From NCBI GenBank assembly GCA_937891015.1, contig CALAPY010000092.1, positions 35,125 to 59,124 on the forward strand: a DNA stretch of 24,000 nucleotides, in the 5' to 3' direction. The translations under genes and the position numbers were made by a program. Under the pieces are notes generated by a model that saw only the letters and a list, made by a program, of their open reading frames with translations, was not told where the DNA came from and did no database searches. Shown here piece after piece: positions 1-9,595 of this stretch. The stretch's first letter is position 1. Each line of letters starts with the position of its first letter. Source of the stretch: an uncultured Flavobacteriales bacterium. GTDB lineage: Bacteria > Bacteroidota > Bacteroidia > Flavobacteriales_G > Salibacteraceae.

Positions 1-43
1 TCGTTTTACCAAAAACCATTTCGTTATTATCTTCTGTACTCAT
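1..43 (-). CDS. 5' end of a small ORF translationally coupled to ftsX; continues beyond the window (possibly the DUF3098-type small membrane protein that follows ftsX in many Bacteroidota)
   Basis: ATG at 43..41 shares base 43 with the ftsX TAA stop (TAATG overlap). It reads MSTEDNNEMVFGKT and then leaves the window. The family guess is from remembered synteny only; 14 aa cannot confirm it. Confidence 0.3.
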   Translation of the reverse strand, partial: MSTEDNNEMVFGKT

Positions 44-921
44 TAGGAATAAAGTTTATCCGTTTTCATTCGTAAAAATCGGCGCACTGCCAAACTTGTA
101 CTTATCCACGTAATAATAATTCCGAGCAAAAGTACCATTCCAAACAATGTCGCAACCATTTGTACATCTTGAATTTCAAAAAGTTCAGGAATTTTTTGCC
201 TGGCATAGTATAATACCCCCATTAACAGGGCAATTGCGATTAATGCTCCATATAATCCATTAGCAATTCCGCGCAAAACAAATGGCATTCGAATAAATGC
301 CGGAGTAGCACCAACCAGCTGCATGGTTTTTATGACAAACCGCTTGGAATAAAGGCTTAGTCGAATGCTGTTGTTTATTAGAGCAATTGCAATAATCAAA
401 AGCAGCACACTAAAAACCAATATCACCAATGAAATACGTTTAATGTTTTCGTTGACCAAAACAACCAGGTCGCGTTGATAAAAAACTTCTTTTACCCTGG
501 GGTTTTTTGTCATTTCGGCTTCTATCCAGCTTAAACTATCCGGGTTGGCGTAATCTGCATTCAAGCGAACCTCAATAGAAGAAAGAAGGGGATTGTAACC
601 TAAAAAGTCAACAAAATCTTCACCCAAGTCTTCGGTGAGTTCCTTTGCTGCCCTGTCTTTATCTATGAATTCAGTGGTTTTTACATACCGTGCGGCATCC
701 AATGATTTTTGAAATTTAACCACGTCTACATCCTTAACATCGTCTTTTAGAATCACCGAAAAGCCAATGTTTTCCTTTACATAAGTCGAGAGCCTCTTGG
801 CCTGAAGTATGGCCATACCTAACAGCCCCAACATAAAAAGCACCAACGAGATACTAATTATTACAGTAAAATAGGATGATCTTAGTCTTTTTTTAGTAAA
901 ACGTTCTTCGGAAGTCTGCAT
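43..921 (-). CDS. ftsX: cell division protein FtsX (permease-like, 4 TM)
   Basis: 292-aa ORF. N-terminal basic stretch KKRLRSSYFTVIISISLVLFMLGLLG (TM1), a large periplasmic loop, then three C-terminal TM helices, which is the typical FtsX layout. No ftsE is adjacent. Confidence 0.8.
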   Translation of the reverse strand: MQTSEERFTKKRLRSSYFTVIISISLVLFMLGLLGMAILQAKRLSTYVKENIGFSVILKDDVKDVDVVKFQKSLDAARYVKTTEFIDKDRAAKELTEDLGEDFVDFLGYNPLLSSIEVRLNADYANPDSLSWIEAEMTKNPRVKEVFYQRDLVVLVNENIKRISLVILVFSVLLLIIAIALINNSIRLSLYSKRFVIKTMQLVGATPAFIRMPFVLRGIANGLYGALIAIALLMGVLYYARQKIPELFEIQDVQMVATLFGMVLLLGIIITWISTSLAVRRFLRMKTDKLYS

Positions 922-990
922 ACCTAAATAGCAACGGCTATGGCCGCTAAAATAAGAAAATAATCAAGGAAGCTTAAGCCTTTGGTTGCT

Positions 991-998
991 TACTTTTG
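991..998 (+). promoter_or_regulatory. Bacteroidota sigma-A type -7 box (TACTTTTG) for leuS
   Basis: Exact match to the TAnnTTTG consensus, 27 nt upstream of the ATG at 1025. No clean TTG -33 element at 19-21 nt spacing. Confidence 0.4.
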
Positions 999-1024
999 TA
1001 CACTTTTTTGAGCAAATAAAACAG

Positions 1025-3604
1025 ATGAAGGATTACGATTTTGAGGCGATTGAAAGCAAGTGGCGAGAACGTTGGAAAGCGAACGGCACATACCGTACCG
1101 AAGAAGTTTCTGAAAAAGAAAAACTTTACGTCCTTGACATGTTTCCCTACCCAAGTGGTGCCGGTCTACATGTTGGCCATCCGCTAGGTTATATTGCATC
1201 CGATATTTACTCGAGGTATAAAAAACTAAATGGCTACAATGTGCTTCATCCTATGGGTTACGATTCCTTTGGTCTTCCAGCGGAACAGTATGCCATTCAA
1301 ACAGGACAACATCCTGCCATTACTACAGAACAGAACATTAACCGATATCGTGAACAATTGGACCTCATTGGGTTTTCTTACGACTGGAGTCGGCAAGTAA
1401 AAACAAGCGATCCATCTTATTATAAATGGACCCAATGGATCTTCCTTAAACTTTTCGATTCCTGGTATAACAACACAACCGATAAAGCTGAAAAAATTGA
1501 AACCCTCGTTGCGGAATTTGAAAAAAATGGCAATCAGGAAGTAGAAGCCGTAAATGCCTGTGAGGAGATTTTCGACGCAAGTACCTGGAAGGGTTTTAAT
1601 GAGAAAAAACAGCAGGAAATTTTATTGGACTACAGGTTAACTTACATTTCGAATAGTGTGGTAAACTGGTGCCCTGAGTTGGGAACTGTTTTGGCTAATG
1701 ACGAAGTCAAAGATGGAGTTTCTGAGCGCGGCGGATATCCGGTTGAGCAACGTGAAATGCGCCAGTGGAGTATGCGAATTGGTGCCTATTCTGAACGGTT
1801 GCTTCAGGGGCTGGAAACACTCGACTGGACCGATTCATTGAAAGAGATACAACGGAACTGGATTGGAAAAAGCGTTGGTGCATCGGTCCATTTTGATATT
1901 GATGGAAATGAAAACCAACTTGAAATTTTTACCACCCGACCCGATACCATTTTTGGTGCCACGTTCATGGTGTTGGCACCAGAGCATGAATTGGTAAATG
2001 AGTTGACCTCGACAGATCAAAAAGAGGAGGTTGAGCAATACATTATTCGAACCAAGACCAGGACGGAACGAGATCGGCTATCTGATGTAAAAACAGTGTC
2101 CGGGGCATTTACAGGATCTTATGCAATACATCCCTTTACCGGGGAAAAAATCCCAATCTGGATCGCTGATTACGTTTTGGCCGGTTATGGTACAGGAGCT
2201 GTTATGGCAGTGCCTTCGGGTGATCAACGTGACTGGGATTTTGCGAATCATTTTGGGCTTGAAATTCCTGCCGTAATTGAAGGGACAGATGTTAGCCAGG
2301 GAGCTAATGATGATAAAACCGGAGTATTGATTAACTCTTCTTTTTTGGATGGCTTAAAGGTTAAAGATGCCATAAAACGCATCCTGTTTGAAATTGAGAA
2401 AAAAGGAATTGGGGAACGCCAGACCAACTACAAAATGAGGGATGCCGTATTCAGTCGCCAGCGCTATTGGGGGGAGCCTGTACCCATGTATTTTAAAGAT
2501 GGTGTTCCTTATCCTGTGGCTGAAAAAGATTTACCGGTAATTCTTCCCGAAGTGGATAAATACCTCCCCACAGAAGATGGCGAGCCTCCTTTGGGAAGGG
2601 CCGAAAACTGGGCCTACCAGCCGGAAGGAGATTCCAACTCCTATCCACTGGAATTGAATACCATGCCCGGCTGGGCTGGTTCAAGCTGGTATTTTATGCG
2701 CTACATGGACCCTGATAATACTGATGAGTTTGTAAGCAAAGACAAACTCAACTATTGGAAGAATGTAGATGTGTACCTTGGTGGAGCAGAGCATGCAACC
2801 GGGCATTTGCTTTACTTCCGTTTTTGGACCAAAGTGCTTCACGACCTTGGATATGTTTCTTTTGATGAGCCAGCCAAAAAACTGATCAATCAAGGAATGA
2901 TCCTGGCAGAAGATGGACAAAAAATGAGTAAGCGTTACGGTAATGTGGTCAACCCGGATGACATCATTAAATCATTTGGTGCGGACTCGTTAAGGCTTCA
3001 TGAAATGTTCCTGGGACCCATTGAACAACATAAACCCTGGAATACCAAGGGAATTGAAGGGGTTCACCGCTTTCTCAAAAAATACTGGAGAATGGTTCAT
3101 AATTCCAACAACGAATTCTCGGTTACTGAAGAAACGCCAACTAAAGAGGAATATAAGGCGCTACACAAGGCTATTAAGAAAGTAGGAGAAGACAACAATC
3201 GTTTCTCATTCAATACCTCCGTTTCTACCTTTATGGTTGCAGTAAATGAATTAATCGATTTGAAGTGTAACAAGCGCGAAATCATTGAGGGTCTTACCAT
3301 ACTTTTAAACCCTCACTGCCCATATATTACCGAAGAAATTTGGGAAAAGCTAGGACATTCGGACAGTATTGTGAACACACAATGGCCAGAATTCAACGAA
3401 GAGTACCTGATAGAATCAAACTTTTCTTATCCGGTTTCTTTTAACGGTAAAATGAGGTTTAAGCTTGAACTTCCTTTGGCCCTATCTAAAGAGGAGGTTG
3501 AGAACAAAGTGCTGGGTAATGAACAATCTGCAAAATACCTCGAAGGAAAATCTCCTAAAAAAGTAATCGTGGTACCCGGCAGAATTGTAAATGTGGTTGT
3601 TTAA
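1025..3604 (+). CDS. leuS: leucyl-tRNA synthetase
   Basis: Class I HIGH motif ([14 protein letters not shown]), KMSKS motif ([12 protein letters not shown]), and an N-terminus [17 protein letters not shown] typical of LeuS. I moved the start from the track's TTG at 986 to the ATG at 1025 because the putative -7 box lies inside the 986 extension. Confidence 0.92.
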   Translation: MKDYDFEAIESKWRERWKANGTYRTEEVSEKEKLYVLDMFPYPSGAGLHVGHPLGYIASDIYSRYKKLNGYNVLHPMGYDSFGLPAEQYAIQTGQHPAITTEQNINRYREQLDLIGFSYDWSRQVKTSDPSYYKWTQWIFLKLFDSWYNNTTDKAEKIETLVAEFEKNGNQEVEAVNACEEIFDASTWKGFNEKKQQEILLDYRLTYISNSVVNWCPELGTVLANDEVKDGVSERGGYPVEQREMRQWSMRIGAYSERLLQGLETLDWTDSLKEIQRNWIGKSVGASVHFDIDGNENQLEIFTTRPDTIFGATFMVLAPEHELVNELTSTDQKEEVEQYIIRTKTRTERDRLSDVKTVSGAFTGSYAIHPFTGEKIPIWIADYVLAGYGTGAVMAVPSGDQRDWDFANHFGLEIPAVIEGTDVSQGANDDKTGVLINSSFLDGLKVKDAIKRILFEIEKKGIGERQTNYKMRDAVFSRQRYWGEPVPMYFKDGVPYPVAEKDLPVILPEVDKYLPTEDGEPPLGRAENWAYQPEGDSNSYPLELNTMPGWAGSSWYFMRYMDPDNTDEFVSKDKLNYWKNVDVYLGGAEHATGHLLYFRFWTKVLHDLGYVSFDEPAKKLINQGMILAEDGQKMSKRYGNVVNPDDIIKSFGADSLRLHEMFLGPIEQHKPWNTKGIEGVHRFLKKYWRMVHNSNNEFSVTEETPTKEEYKALHKAIKKVGEDNNRFSFNTSVSTFMVAVNELIDLKCNKREIIEGLTILLNPHCPYITEEIWEKLGHSDSIVNTQWPEFNEEYLIESNFSYPVSFNGKMRFKLELPLALSKEEVENKVLGNEQSAKYLEGKSPKKVIVVPGRIVNVVV

Positions 3605-3615
3605 TTCTGGCAAGG

Positions 3616-4749
3616 TTGATACAACGTCTTAAGGATGAATTAAATCAGAGGTCAATAGATGGGTCTCTACGGTCATTGGTAAATTACAATGGACTGGTCG
3701 ATTTTGCATCCAATGATTATTTGGGCTTTTGCAAATCCAATGTTGTGGCCGAAGAGGCAAACTATATTCATGATAACTCTACGAATGGGCAGAGCCCTCA
3801 AAATGGTTCCGGTGGTTCCCGGCTTTTAACCGGAAATTCGGATTTTTATTTGGAAGCTGAAAAAGAAATGGCATTATTCTTTAAATCGGATGGTGCCCTT
3901 ACCTATACTTCGGGATATGCCGCTAATCTTGGATTGCTCTCGGCCATCTTAAAACGCAATGACAATGTCTTCTATGACGAGTATTCTCATTCTTCAATTA
4001 AAGATGGGATACGATTAGGATATGCAAAATCGATCAAGTTTCTTCACAACAACCTGGAAGACCTGGAGAACAAACTCCTTCGAGCTTCAGGAGAAAAATT
4101 TGTAGTTGTTGAATCACTTTATTCTATGGATGGTGATTTTGCTCCGCTGCAAGAACTTTGTGAATTGTGCACTAAACAACATGCTCACTTAATCGTGGAT
4201 GAAGCCCATGCATCAGGGGTTTATGGCCCAAACGGTGAAGGACTCGTGGTTCAACATGGACTAGAAAAATCTGTATTTGCCCGAATTCACACTTTCGGAA
4301 AGGGCCTGGGTTCACATGGGGCGCTGGTGGCTGGATCAAATGACCTGGTCGATTACCTGATAAATTTTTCTCGTCCATTTATATATACAACTGCTCTACC
4401 CGCATACAACGTTGCTGCAATGCTGGCAGGAATACGATTATCATCGAAGGCAAAAAATGAGCGAGTCAGTTTGTTTTCCAACATTAATCACTTCAGAGAA
4501 ACCGCCCAAAACTTAGGGTTAAACATCATGAATAGTTCTTCTCAAATTCAGGGTTTGGTTGTTCCCGGAAACAAACAAATTGTGGATTTATCAGAGAGTT
4601 TGAGGGAGTTAAACATTGATGTACGTGCAATTAAAAGCCCTACTGTTCCTGCTGGTAAGGAGCGACTTCGAATTTGTTTGCACACGTACAATACAAAAGA
4701 AGAAATTGAAATTTTATTAAACGGAATTCACGATCATTTAAATGAGTAA
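3616..4749 (+). CDS. bioF: 8-amino-7-oxononanoate synthase
   Basis: 377 aa with FASNDYLGF, DEAHASGVYG and HTFGKGLGSHGA (PLP lysine), characteristic of the alpha-oxoamine synthase family, in a biotin-operon context. TTG is the only ATG/GTG/TTG start in frame after the upstream stop at 3556. Confidence 0.85.
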   Translation: MIQRLKDELNQRSIDGSLRSLVNYNGLVDFASNDYLGFCKSNVVAEEANYIHDNSTNGQSPQNGSGGSRLLTGNSDFYLEAEKEMALFFKSDGALTYTSGYAANLGLLSAILKRNDNVFYDEYSHSSIKDGIRLGYAKSIKFLHNNLEDLENKLLRASGEKFVVVESLYSMDGDFAPLQELCELCTKQHAHLIVDEAHASGVYGPNGEGLVVQHGLEKSVFARIHTFGKGLGSHGALVAGSNDLVDYLINFSRPFIYTTALPAYNVAAMLAGIRLSSKAKNERVSLFSNINHFRETAQNLGLNIMNSSSQIQGLVVPGNKQIVDLSESLRELNIDVRAIKSPTVPAGKERLRICLHTYNTKEEIEILLNGIHDHLNE

Positions 4750-5362
4750 AAAATATTTTGTTTCAGGAATAGGAACTGACGTAGGCAAAACCATTGCCTC
4801 TGCAGCACTGGTTGAGGCATTAAAAGCAGACTATTGGAAACCGGTTCAAAGTGGTGAATTGGAGAACAGTGACAGTATGAAAATCGCCAACTTAATTTCC
4901 AATGCTCAAACTAAAATTCATCAAGAAACTTATCGCTTTAAGCTCCCAGCCTCTCCTCATCTTTCGGCAAATGAAGAGCAGGTTGAAATTGAAATGGAGA
5001 AGTTCAAGATCCCGGAAACTGATAGCAACCTAATTGTTGAGGGTGCGGGTGGATTACTTGTTCCCTTATCGGAAAACAAACTAATTATTGATCTCATTGA
5101 AATGCTAAAGCTCCCGGTAATTCTTGTAGCAAGAAGCTACTTAGGGAGTATTAACCATACATTGCTTTCTATCGAAGCCGTTAAAAACAGGGGCATTAAA
5201 CTCGCAGGAATCGTTTACAGCGGTTCACCAAACGCAGAAACAGAACGGATTATTTCTGTTTTTTCCGATGTAACGATTATTGGTCGGTTACCGGAAATAG
5301 AAACTATTGATAAAGAACATATTTTAGAGGCATCCCGCGCCTTAGATTTGGCCGCTTTATGA
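4742..5362 (+). CDS. bioD: dethiobiotin synthetase
   Basis: 206 aa with the P-loop GIGTDVGKT, plus VEGAGGLLVP. The ATG overlaps the bioF 3' end by 8 nt. Confidence 0.88.
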   Translation: MSKKYFVSGIGTDVGKTIASAALVEALKADYWKPVQSGELENSDSMKIANLISNAQTKIHQETYRFKLPASPHLSANEEQVEIEMEKFKIPETDSNLIVEGAGGLLVPLSENKLIIDLIEMLKLPVILVARSYLGSINHTLLSIEAVKNRGIKLAGIVYSGSPNAETERIISVFSDVTIIGRLPEIETIDKEHILEASRALDLAAL

Positions 5363-6639
5363 GCATAGCAAACATCGATAAGAAAAACATCTGGCATCCT
5401 TTTTCTCATTACCATGAGACCAGGAAGAATATTGTTATTAGTCAGGCAAAAGATGAGTTTCTATACGATGAAAATGGAAATCAGTATATCGATTCTGTGG
5501 CATCCTGGTGGGTGAATTTACATGGGCATTCCAACCCCTATATTGCTGAAAAAATTGCGGAACAAGCTCAAAACCTGGAGCATGTGATTTTTGCCGGATT
5601 TACCCACGAACCCGCAGTGACTTTCTCTGAAAAGTTACTGGAACTACTGCCCGATAACCAGGAAAAACTTTTCTTTTCAGACAATGGATCAACCTCCACT
5701 GAAATAGCTCTAAAACTAGCACTGCAATCGTTTGTTAACCGGGGTGAGAGAAAAATAAAAGTAATTGCATTAGAAGGGGCCTATCACGGCGATACACTTG
5801 GCGCAATGTCAGTAAGCTCCCGCGGATTGTTTACGGAACCCTTTCATCCCTTTTTATACGAAGTCTGCTTTCTTCCATTACCAACCGTGGAAAATGAGCG
5901 TGAGTGCATTGCACAACTGGAAAAGGTGTTAGATACTCAAGAAGCTGCGGCCTTCATCTTTGAGCCCCTGCTTCAAGCTGCTGGTGGCATGAGAATGTAC
6001 GATGCAAACGTACTGTGCAAGCTTGTGGAATTATGTAAGAAACATGGGGTCATTACTATAGCAGACGAAGTAGTAACTGCTTTTTACCGAACAGGTAAGT
6101 TTTTGGCAAGCGACCAGTTATCCAGCACGCCCGATATCATTTGTATGGCCAAAGGGGTGACCGGAGGAACCATGGCCATGGGCGTTACTTCCTGTAATCG
6201 CTGGATCGTGGAGTCATTCGAAACTAAAGATCGGTCCAAGACTTTTTATCATGGGCACTCCTTTACCGGAAACCCAATTGCGTGTTCAGCGGCTGTCGCT
6301 AGTTTAGACCTTTTGGAAACTAGTGCAAGCGAGGCAAATAGAAAAAGAATTAGTTCGTTTTTTGAGTCATTTAAATTGGACTTGGAGCAAAATACAATGG
6401 TGCGAAACGCCCGATGCCTTGGCCATATTTTAGCTTTTGAAATTGAGGCTGAGGAATCGAATTATTTAAGTAACCTAAGGGATTGGATTTATGATCGATT
6501 TCTTGAGGAAGGCATTTTGATGAGGCCACTTGGAAACACAATTTGTTTTATTCCGTCCTACTGTATCTCACAAGATTCTTTGGAACACATAAGAACAGCG
6601 ACATTTAATATCATTAAAGACCTGTCAGGGAATCAATAG
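5359..6639 (+). CDS. bioA: adenosylmethionine-8-amino-7-oxononanoate aminotransferase
   Basis: 426 aa class III aminotransferase with WWVNLHGH, ADEVVTAFYRTGK and CMAKGVTGG (PLP lysine). ATGA overlap with bioD. Confidence 0.88.
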   Translation: MSIANIDKKNIWHPFSHYHETRKNIVISQAKDEFLYDENGNQYIDSVASWWVNLHGHSNPYIAEKIAEQAQNLEHVIFAGFTHEPAVTFSEKLLELLPDNQEKLFFSDNGSTSTEIALKLALQSFVNRGERKIKVIALEGAYHGDTLGAMSVSSRGLFTEPFHPFLYEVCFLPLPTVENERECIAQLEKVLDTQEAAAFIFEPLLQAAGGMRMYDANVLCKLVELCKKHGVITIADEVVTAFYRTGKFLASDQLSSTPDIICMAKGVTGGTMAMGVTSCNRWIVESFETKDRSKTFYHGHSFTGNPIACSAAVASLDLLETSASEANRKRISSFFESFKLDLEQNTMVRNARCLGHILAFEIEAEESNYLSNLRDWIYDRFLEEGILMRPLGNTICFIPSYCISQDSLEHIRTATFNIIKDLSGNQ

Positions 6640-7824
6640 ATGAGAAATAAGCTGGTTATAAGTTCAATGGGTTCAATTTCTCCATTGGGGTCGAGTGAGG
6701 AGGAAGTCAGGCAAAACTTGTTTTCTCCCCACACCTTTATTCAGAAAAATAATAGGGGTAATTGGGTTGGCGGGCTTAATAAAGATTCAAAAGAAAAAAT
6801 CAAGCAGCTGATTAAACAGAATTCCAAATTCAAATTATTAGACCGAAGTGTACTGCTGGCCATCTATGCGTCGACGCAGGCCTGGAATACCAGGAAAGAC
6901 CTTGGCCAAGTGAAAAATCTGAGCGCCGGAGTAAATATTGGATCTTCACGAGGTGCAACGGACATATTTGAAGACAAGCACAAAAGTTATCTGCAACATC
7001 CTGGAGAATTACCTGCTTCCCACACTTCACCAACAACTACATTAGGTGCTGTATCCAGCTGGGTTGGTAAGGAATTAAACATCAATGGCCCGGCTTTTAG
7101 CCATTCGGTTACTTGCAGTACTTCACTTTATGCCATTGGCAATGCAATGGCTTGGGTAAAAGCCGGTTTTTCTGATTTGTTTATTGCAGGTGGCGCAGAG
7201 GCTCCGCTCACCCCATTTACCATAGATCAAATGAAAGCCCTGAAAATATACTCCGATTTGGATCAGGAGTATCCCAGTTTACCCCTTGGAACAAAGAACA
7301 AAAACACCATGGTGTTGGGTGAGGGTGCTGCTTCTTTTGTGATTGAGTCCCAGGAAAGCGCTATTAAATCAGGACTTGAGAACTGGGTTAATATCGACGG
7401 TATTGGGTTCGCCAACGAAAAAATGGACTCCCCTACTTCCATAAGTAAAGATGGGGTTGCTTTAAGCAAGTCTATGAAAATTGCACTGGGTCAGGATAAA
7501 AGTGACGTTGAAGTAGACCTGATTATAACGCATGCACCGGGTACAAAAAAGGGTGATGACGCTGAATTAAAAGCCATTGAGTCGGTATTTGGGAATAGGA
7601 GGCCCAACATTATTTCTACCAAGTGGAAAACAGGGCACCTATTGGGAGCTTCTTCGGCATTGGCCATTGAGCAGGCCATTCATATGCTTAAAGCCAGGGA
7701 ATATCCTTCTCTTCCCTACCCCAACGGTATTAAGAACGAAATAGAAACAGTAAATAAGATAATGATAAACAGTATTGGCTTTGGTGGGAATTCGGCCAGT
7801 ATTATTTTATCATTGAACAATTAA
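6640..7824 (+). CDS. beta-ketoacyl-ACP synthase I/II (FabF/FabB-like) paralog embedded in the biotin operon
   Basis: 394 aa. Active-site Cys in SVTCSTS (TGC 7114..7116), His in ITHAPGTKKGD, Lys/His in STKWKTGHLLGAS, and C-terminal NSIGFGGNSASI. This is the Cys-His-His condensing-enzyme signature. The ATG directly abuts the bioA TAG (0-nt spacer). Confidence 0.8.
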   Translation: MRNKLVISSMGSISPLGSSEEEVRQNLFSPHTFIQKNNRGNWVGGLNKDSKEKIKQLIKQNSKFKLLDRSVLLAIYASTQAWNTRKDLGQVKNLSAGVNIGSSRGATDIFEDKHKSYLQHPGELPASHTSPTTTLGAVSSWVGKELNINGPAFSHSVTCSTSLYAIGNAMAWVKAGFSDLFIAGGAEAPLTPFTIDQMKALKIYSDLDQEYPSLPLGTKNKNTMVLGEGAASFVIESQESAIKSGLENWVNIDGIGFANEKMDSPTSISKDGVALSKSMKIALGQDKSDVEVDLIITHAPGTKKGDDAELKAIESVFGNRRPNIISTKWKTGHLLGASSALAIEQAIHMLKAREYPSLPYPNGIKNEIETVNKIMINSIGFGGNSASIILSLNN

Positions 7825-7875
7825 ATTAAAGGTGGTTTAGGGCCTTAATGTGCTCTACTCCAGTAAAGATTAGAA

Positions 7876-8856
7876 ATGGAAAACTTAAGGTACGACTGGA
7901 CAATTGAAGAACTAAAAGCCATTTACAATAAACCTTTGTTGGATCTTGTATATGAAGCGGCAACAGTTCATCGCGAAAATTTTAACGCTAGAGAAGTACA
8001 GCGAAGCACATTACTTTCTATAAAAACAGGTGGTTGTGTTGAAGATTGCGCCTATTGCCCACAAGCGGCCAGGTATTCTACCGGCGTGAATACACATAAA
8101 TTGCTTCCTGTGGAAACCGTATTGGAAGCGGCACAAAAAGCCAAGGACGATGGGTCTTCTCGTTTTTGCATGGGTGCTGCCTGGAGAGAGGTTCGGGATA
8201 ACCGGGACTTTGATAAGGTTATCGACATGGTAAAGGGCGTTAGTGATATGGGACTAGAGGTCTGCAGTACACTAGGAATGATAACTGACGAACAAGCTAA
8301 AAAACTAAAAGATGCCGGACTGGATGCATACAACCACAACCTGGATACTTCCGAAGAGTATTACAAAGAAATTATATCGACTCGCGAATACGATAACCGC
8401 CTGCAGTCAATTGAAAATACACGCAAGGCAGGAATTACCGTCTGTTCTGGTGGAATAATCGGTATGGGAGAAAGCGTTGAGGACCGAATGGGGCTTATTC
8501 AAACACTTTCGTCACTTAACCCTCACCCGGAATCAGTTCCGATTAACATACTGGTCCCGGTAGAAGGAACACCTCTGGAAAACTGTGAGAAAATATCGGT
8601 TTGGGAAATGGTAAGAATGGTTGCCACCGCACGAATTGTATTTCAAAAAAGTTTGGTGCGGTTGAGTGCCGGAAGAAAAGATTTAACGGACGTAGAACAA
8701 GGATTCTGCTTTTTGGCCGGTGCCAATTCTATTTTTGCGGGTGATGAGTTGCTAACCACACCTAACCCTGCGTTTAATGCTGATAAGGAACTTTTTGAAA
8801 CCTTAGGACTGGTGAACATGCCATCAAAAAAGATAAAGGAAGTAGCACCTGTTTAA
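7876..8856 (+). CDS. bioB: biotin synthase (radical SAM)
   Basis: 326 aa with the CxxxCxxC cluster CVEDCAYC at 8035..8058, plus [10 protein letters not shown] and GGIIGMGE motifs. Confidence 0.92.
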   Translation: MENLRYDWTIEELKAIYNKPLLDLVYEAATVHRENFNAREVQRSTLLSIKTGGCVEDCAYCPQAARYSTGVNTHKLLPVETVLEAAQKAKDDGSSRFCMGAAWREVRDNRDFDKVIDMVKGVSDMGLEVCSTLGMITDEQAKKLKDAGLDAYNHNLDTSEEYYKEIISTREYDNRLQSIENTRKAGITVCSGGIIGMGESVEDRMGLIQTLSSLNPHPESVPINILVPVEGTPLENCEKISVWEMVRMVATARIVFQKSLVRLSAGRKDLTDVEQGFCFLAGANSIFAGDELLTTPNPAFNADKELFETLGLVNMPSKKIKEVAPV

Positions 8857-8864
8857 GGTTCTTT

Positions 8865-9527
8865 CTATTTAGCGGTACCGTTGTAGGTTATGGTCCACGC
8901 GAGAGAATCAATTTGCGGATCCCTTCCCGATAGGGTAAAGTTAAACGACCTGGTTCTTTGGCTATAAGAGCCGCTTCCTGAAGTAATCAGCTCAAGCCTC
9001 GATGGTTGCAGGTTTGTTACTTCACTAAAAACAAAACCGGTATCCTTATCTCCCACAACCAAGGCTCTAAAAGTACCCCTGGAAAACGCTACTTTAATCT
9101 GCTTTGTACTGGTTGGTGCAATAGTAACTGCTCCTGAATACTCTTTATTTAAAACGGTACTATCGGGATAATTTTCCAAATACTCACCGGAATAAATTCC
9201 TTCTGATGGTCCGGTCAAATCATTCAAAAAAGTACCAATGGTTCGTTTTAATTCATCCTCTTTCTTTTTATTCTTCACGGTAAGCGAAACCATGTACGTT
9301 CCTTCATCTTTATAGGCATGAACCGGGTTTGCCAGCGCAGATGTTTCTCCATCACCAAAATCCCATAGGTATTCCTGGGCATTCACAGAACAATCGTTAA
9401 ACTTATATAACTCGTTGGTCTCCAAGCGTTCACCAATGGTGAAGCAAGCAACAGGCTCGTTGTTATTGCATGAGCTTAGGAAGAAAATGCACAGCGCAAA
9501 TAAGAAGGTAGATTGAAGTTTATTCAC
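8865..9527 (-). CDS. PKD-domain lipoprotein, function unknown
   Basis: GTG start. Signal peptide with lipobox FFLSSC. PKD-type motif YLWDFGDGETSALANPVHAYKDEGTYMVSLTVKN, followed by a beta-rich C-terminal ~120 aa. Confidence 0.6.
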   Translation of the reverse strand: MNKLQSTFLFALCIFFLSSCNNNEPVACFTIGERLETNELYKFNDCSVNAQEYLWDFGDGETSALANPVHAYKDEGTYMVSLTVKNKKKEDELKRTIGTFLNDLTGPSEGIYSGEYLENYPDSTVLNKEYSGAVTIAPTSTKQIKVAFSRGTFRALVVGDKDTGFVFSEVTNLQPSRLELITSGSGSYSQRTRSFNFTLSGRDPQIDSLAWTITYNGTAK

Positions 9528-9543
9528 GGTTCGAATTTACCAA

Positions 9544-9573
9544 TAAAAAAGGGGCTGCCAAATGACGCCCCTT
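9544..9573 (-). terminator. rho-independent terminator after ppiD
   Basis: On the minus strand: AGGGGC-GTCATTTGGCA-GCCCCT followed by TTTTTTT (plus-strand stem arms 9550..9555 and 9567..9572). Confidence 0.7.
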
Positions 9574-9595
9574 TCAAATCATTTATAGCGAGGTT

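Noticed and set aside
986-1024. TTG at 986 as the leuS start (ORF track)
   Set aside because: The extension [13 protein letters not shown] contains the exact -7 box TACTTTTG (991..998). The ATG at 1025 gives the conserved LeuS N-terminus [13 protein letters not shown].
990-8339. Many 60-95 aa minus-strand or alternate-frame ORFs inside leuS and the bio genes (e.g. 990..1199, 1226..1435, 2681..2920, 3000..3185, 4172..4378, 6830..7036, 8052..8339)
   Set aside because: All are fully nested in strongly supported genes, have low-complexity or odd composition, and have no start context. They are shadow ORFs.
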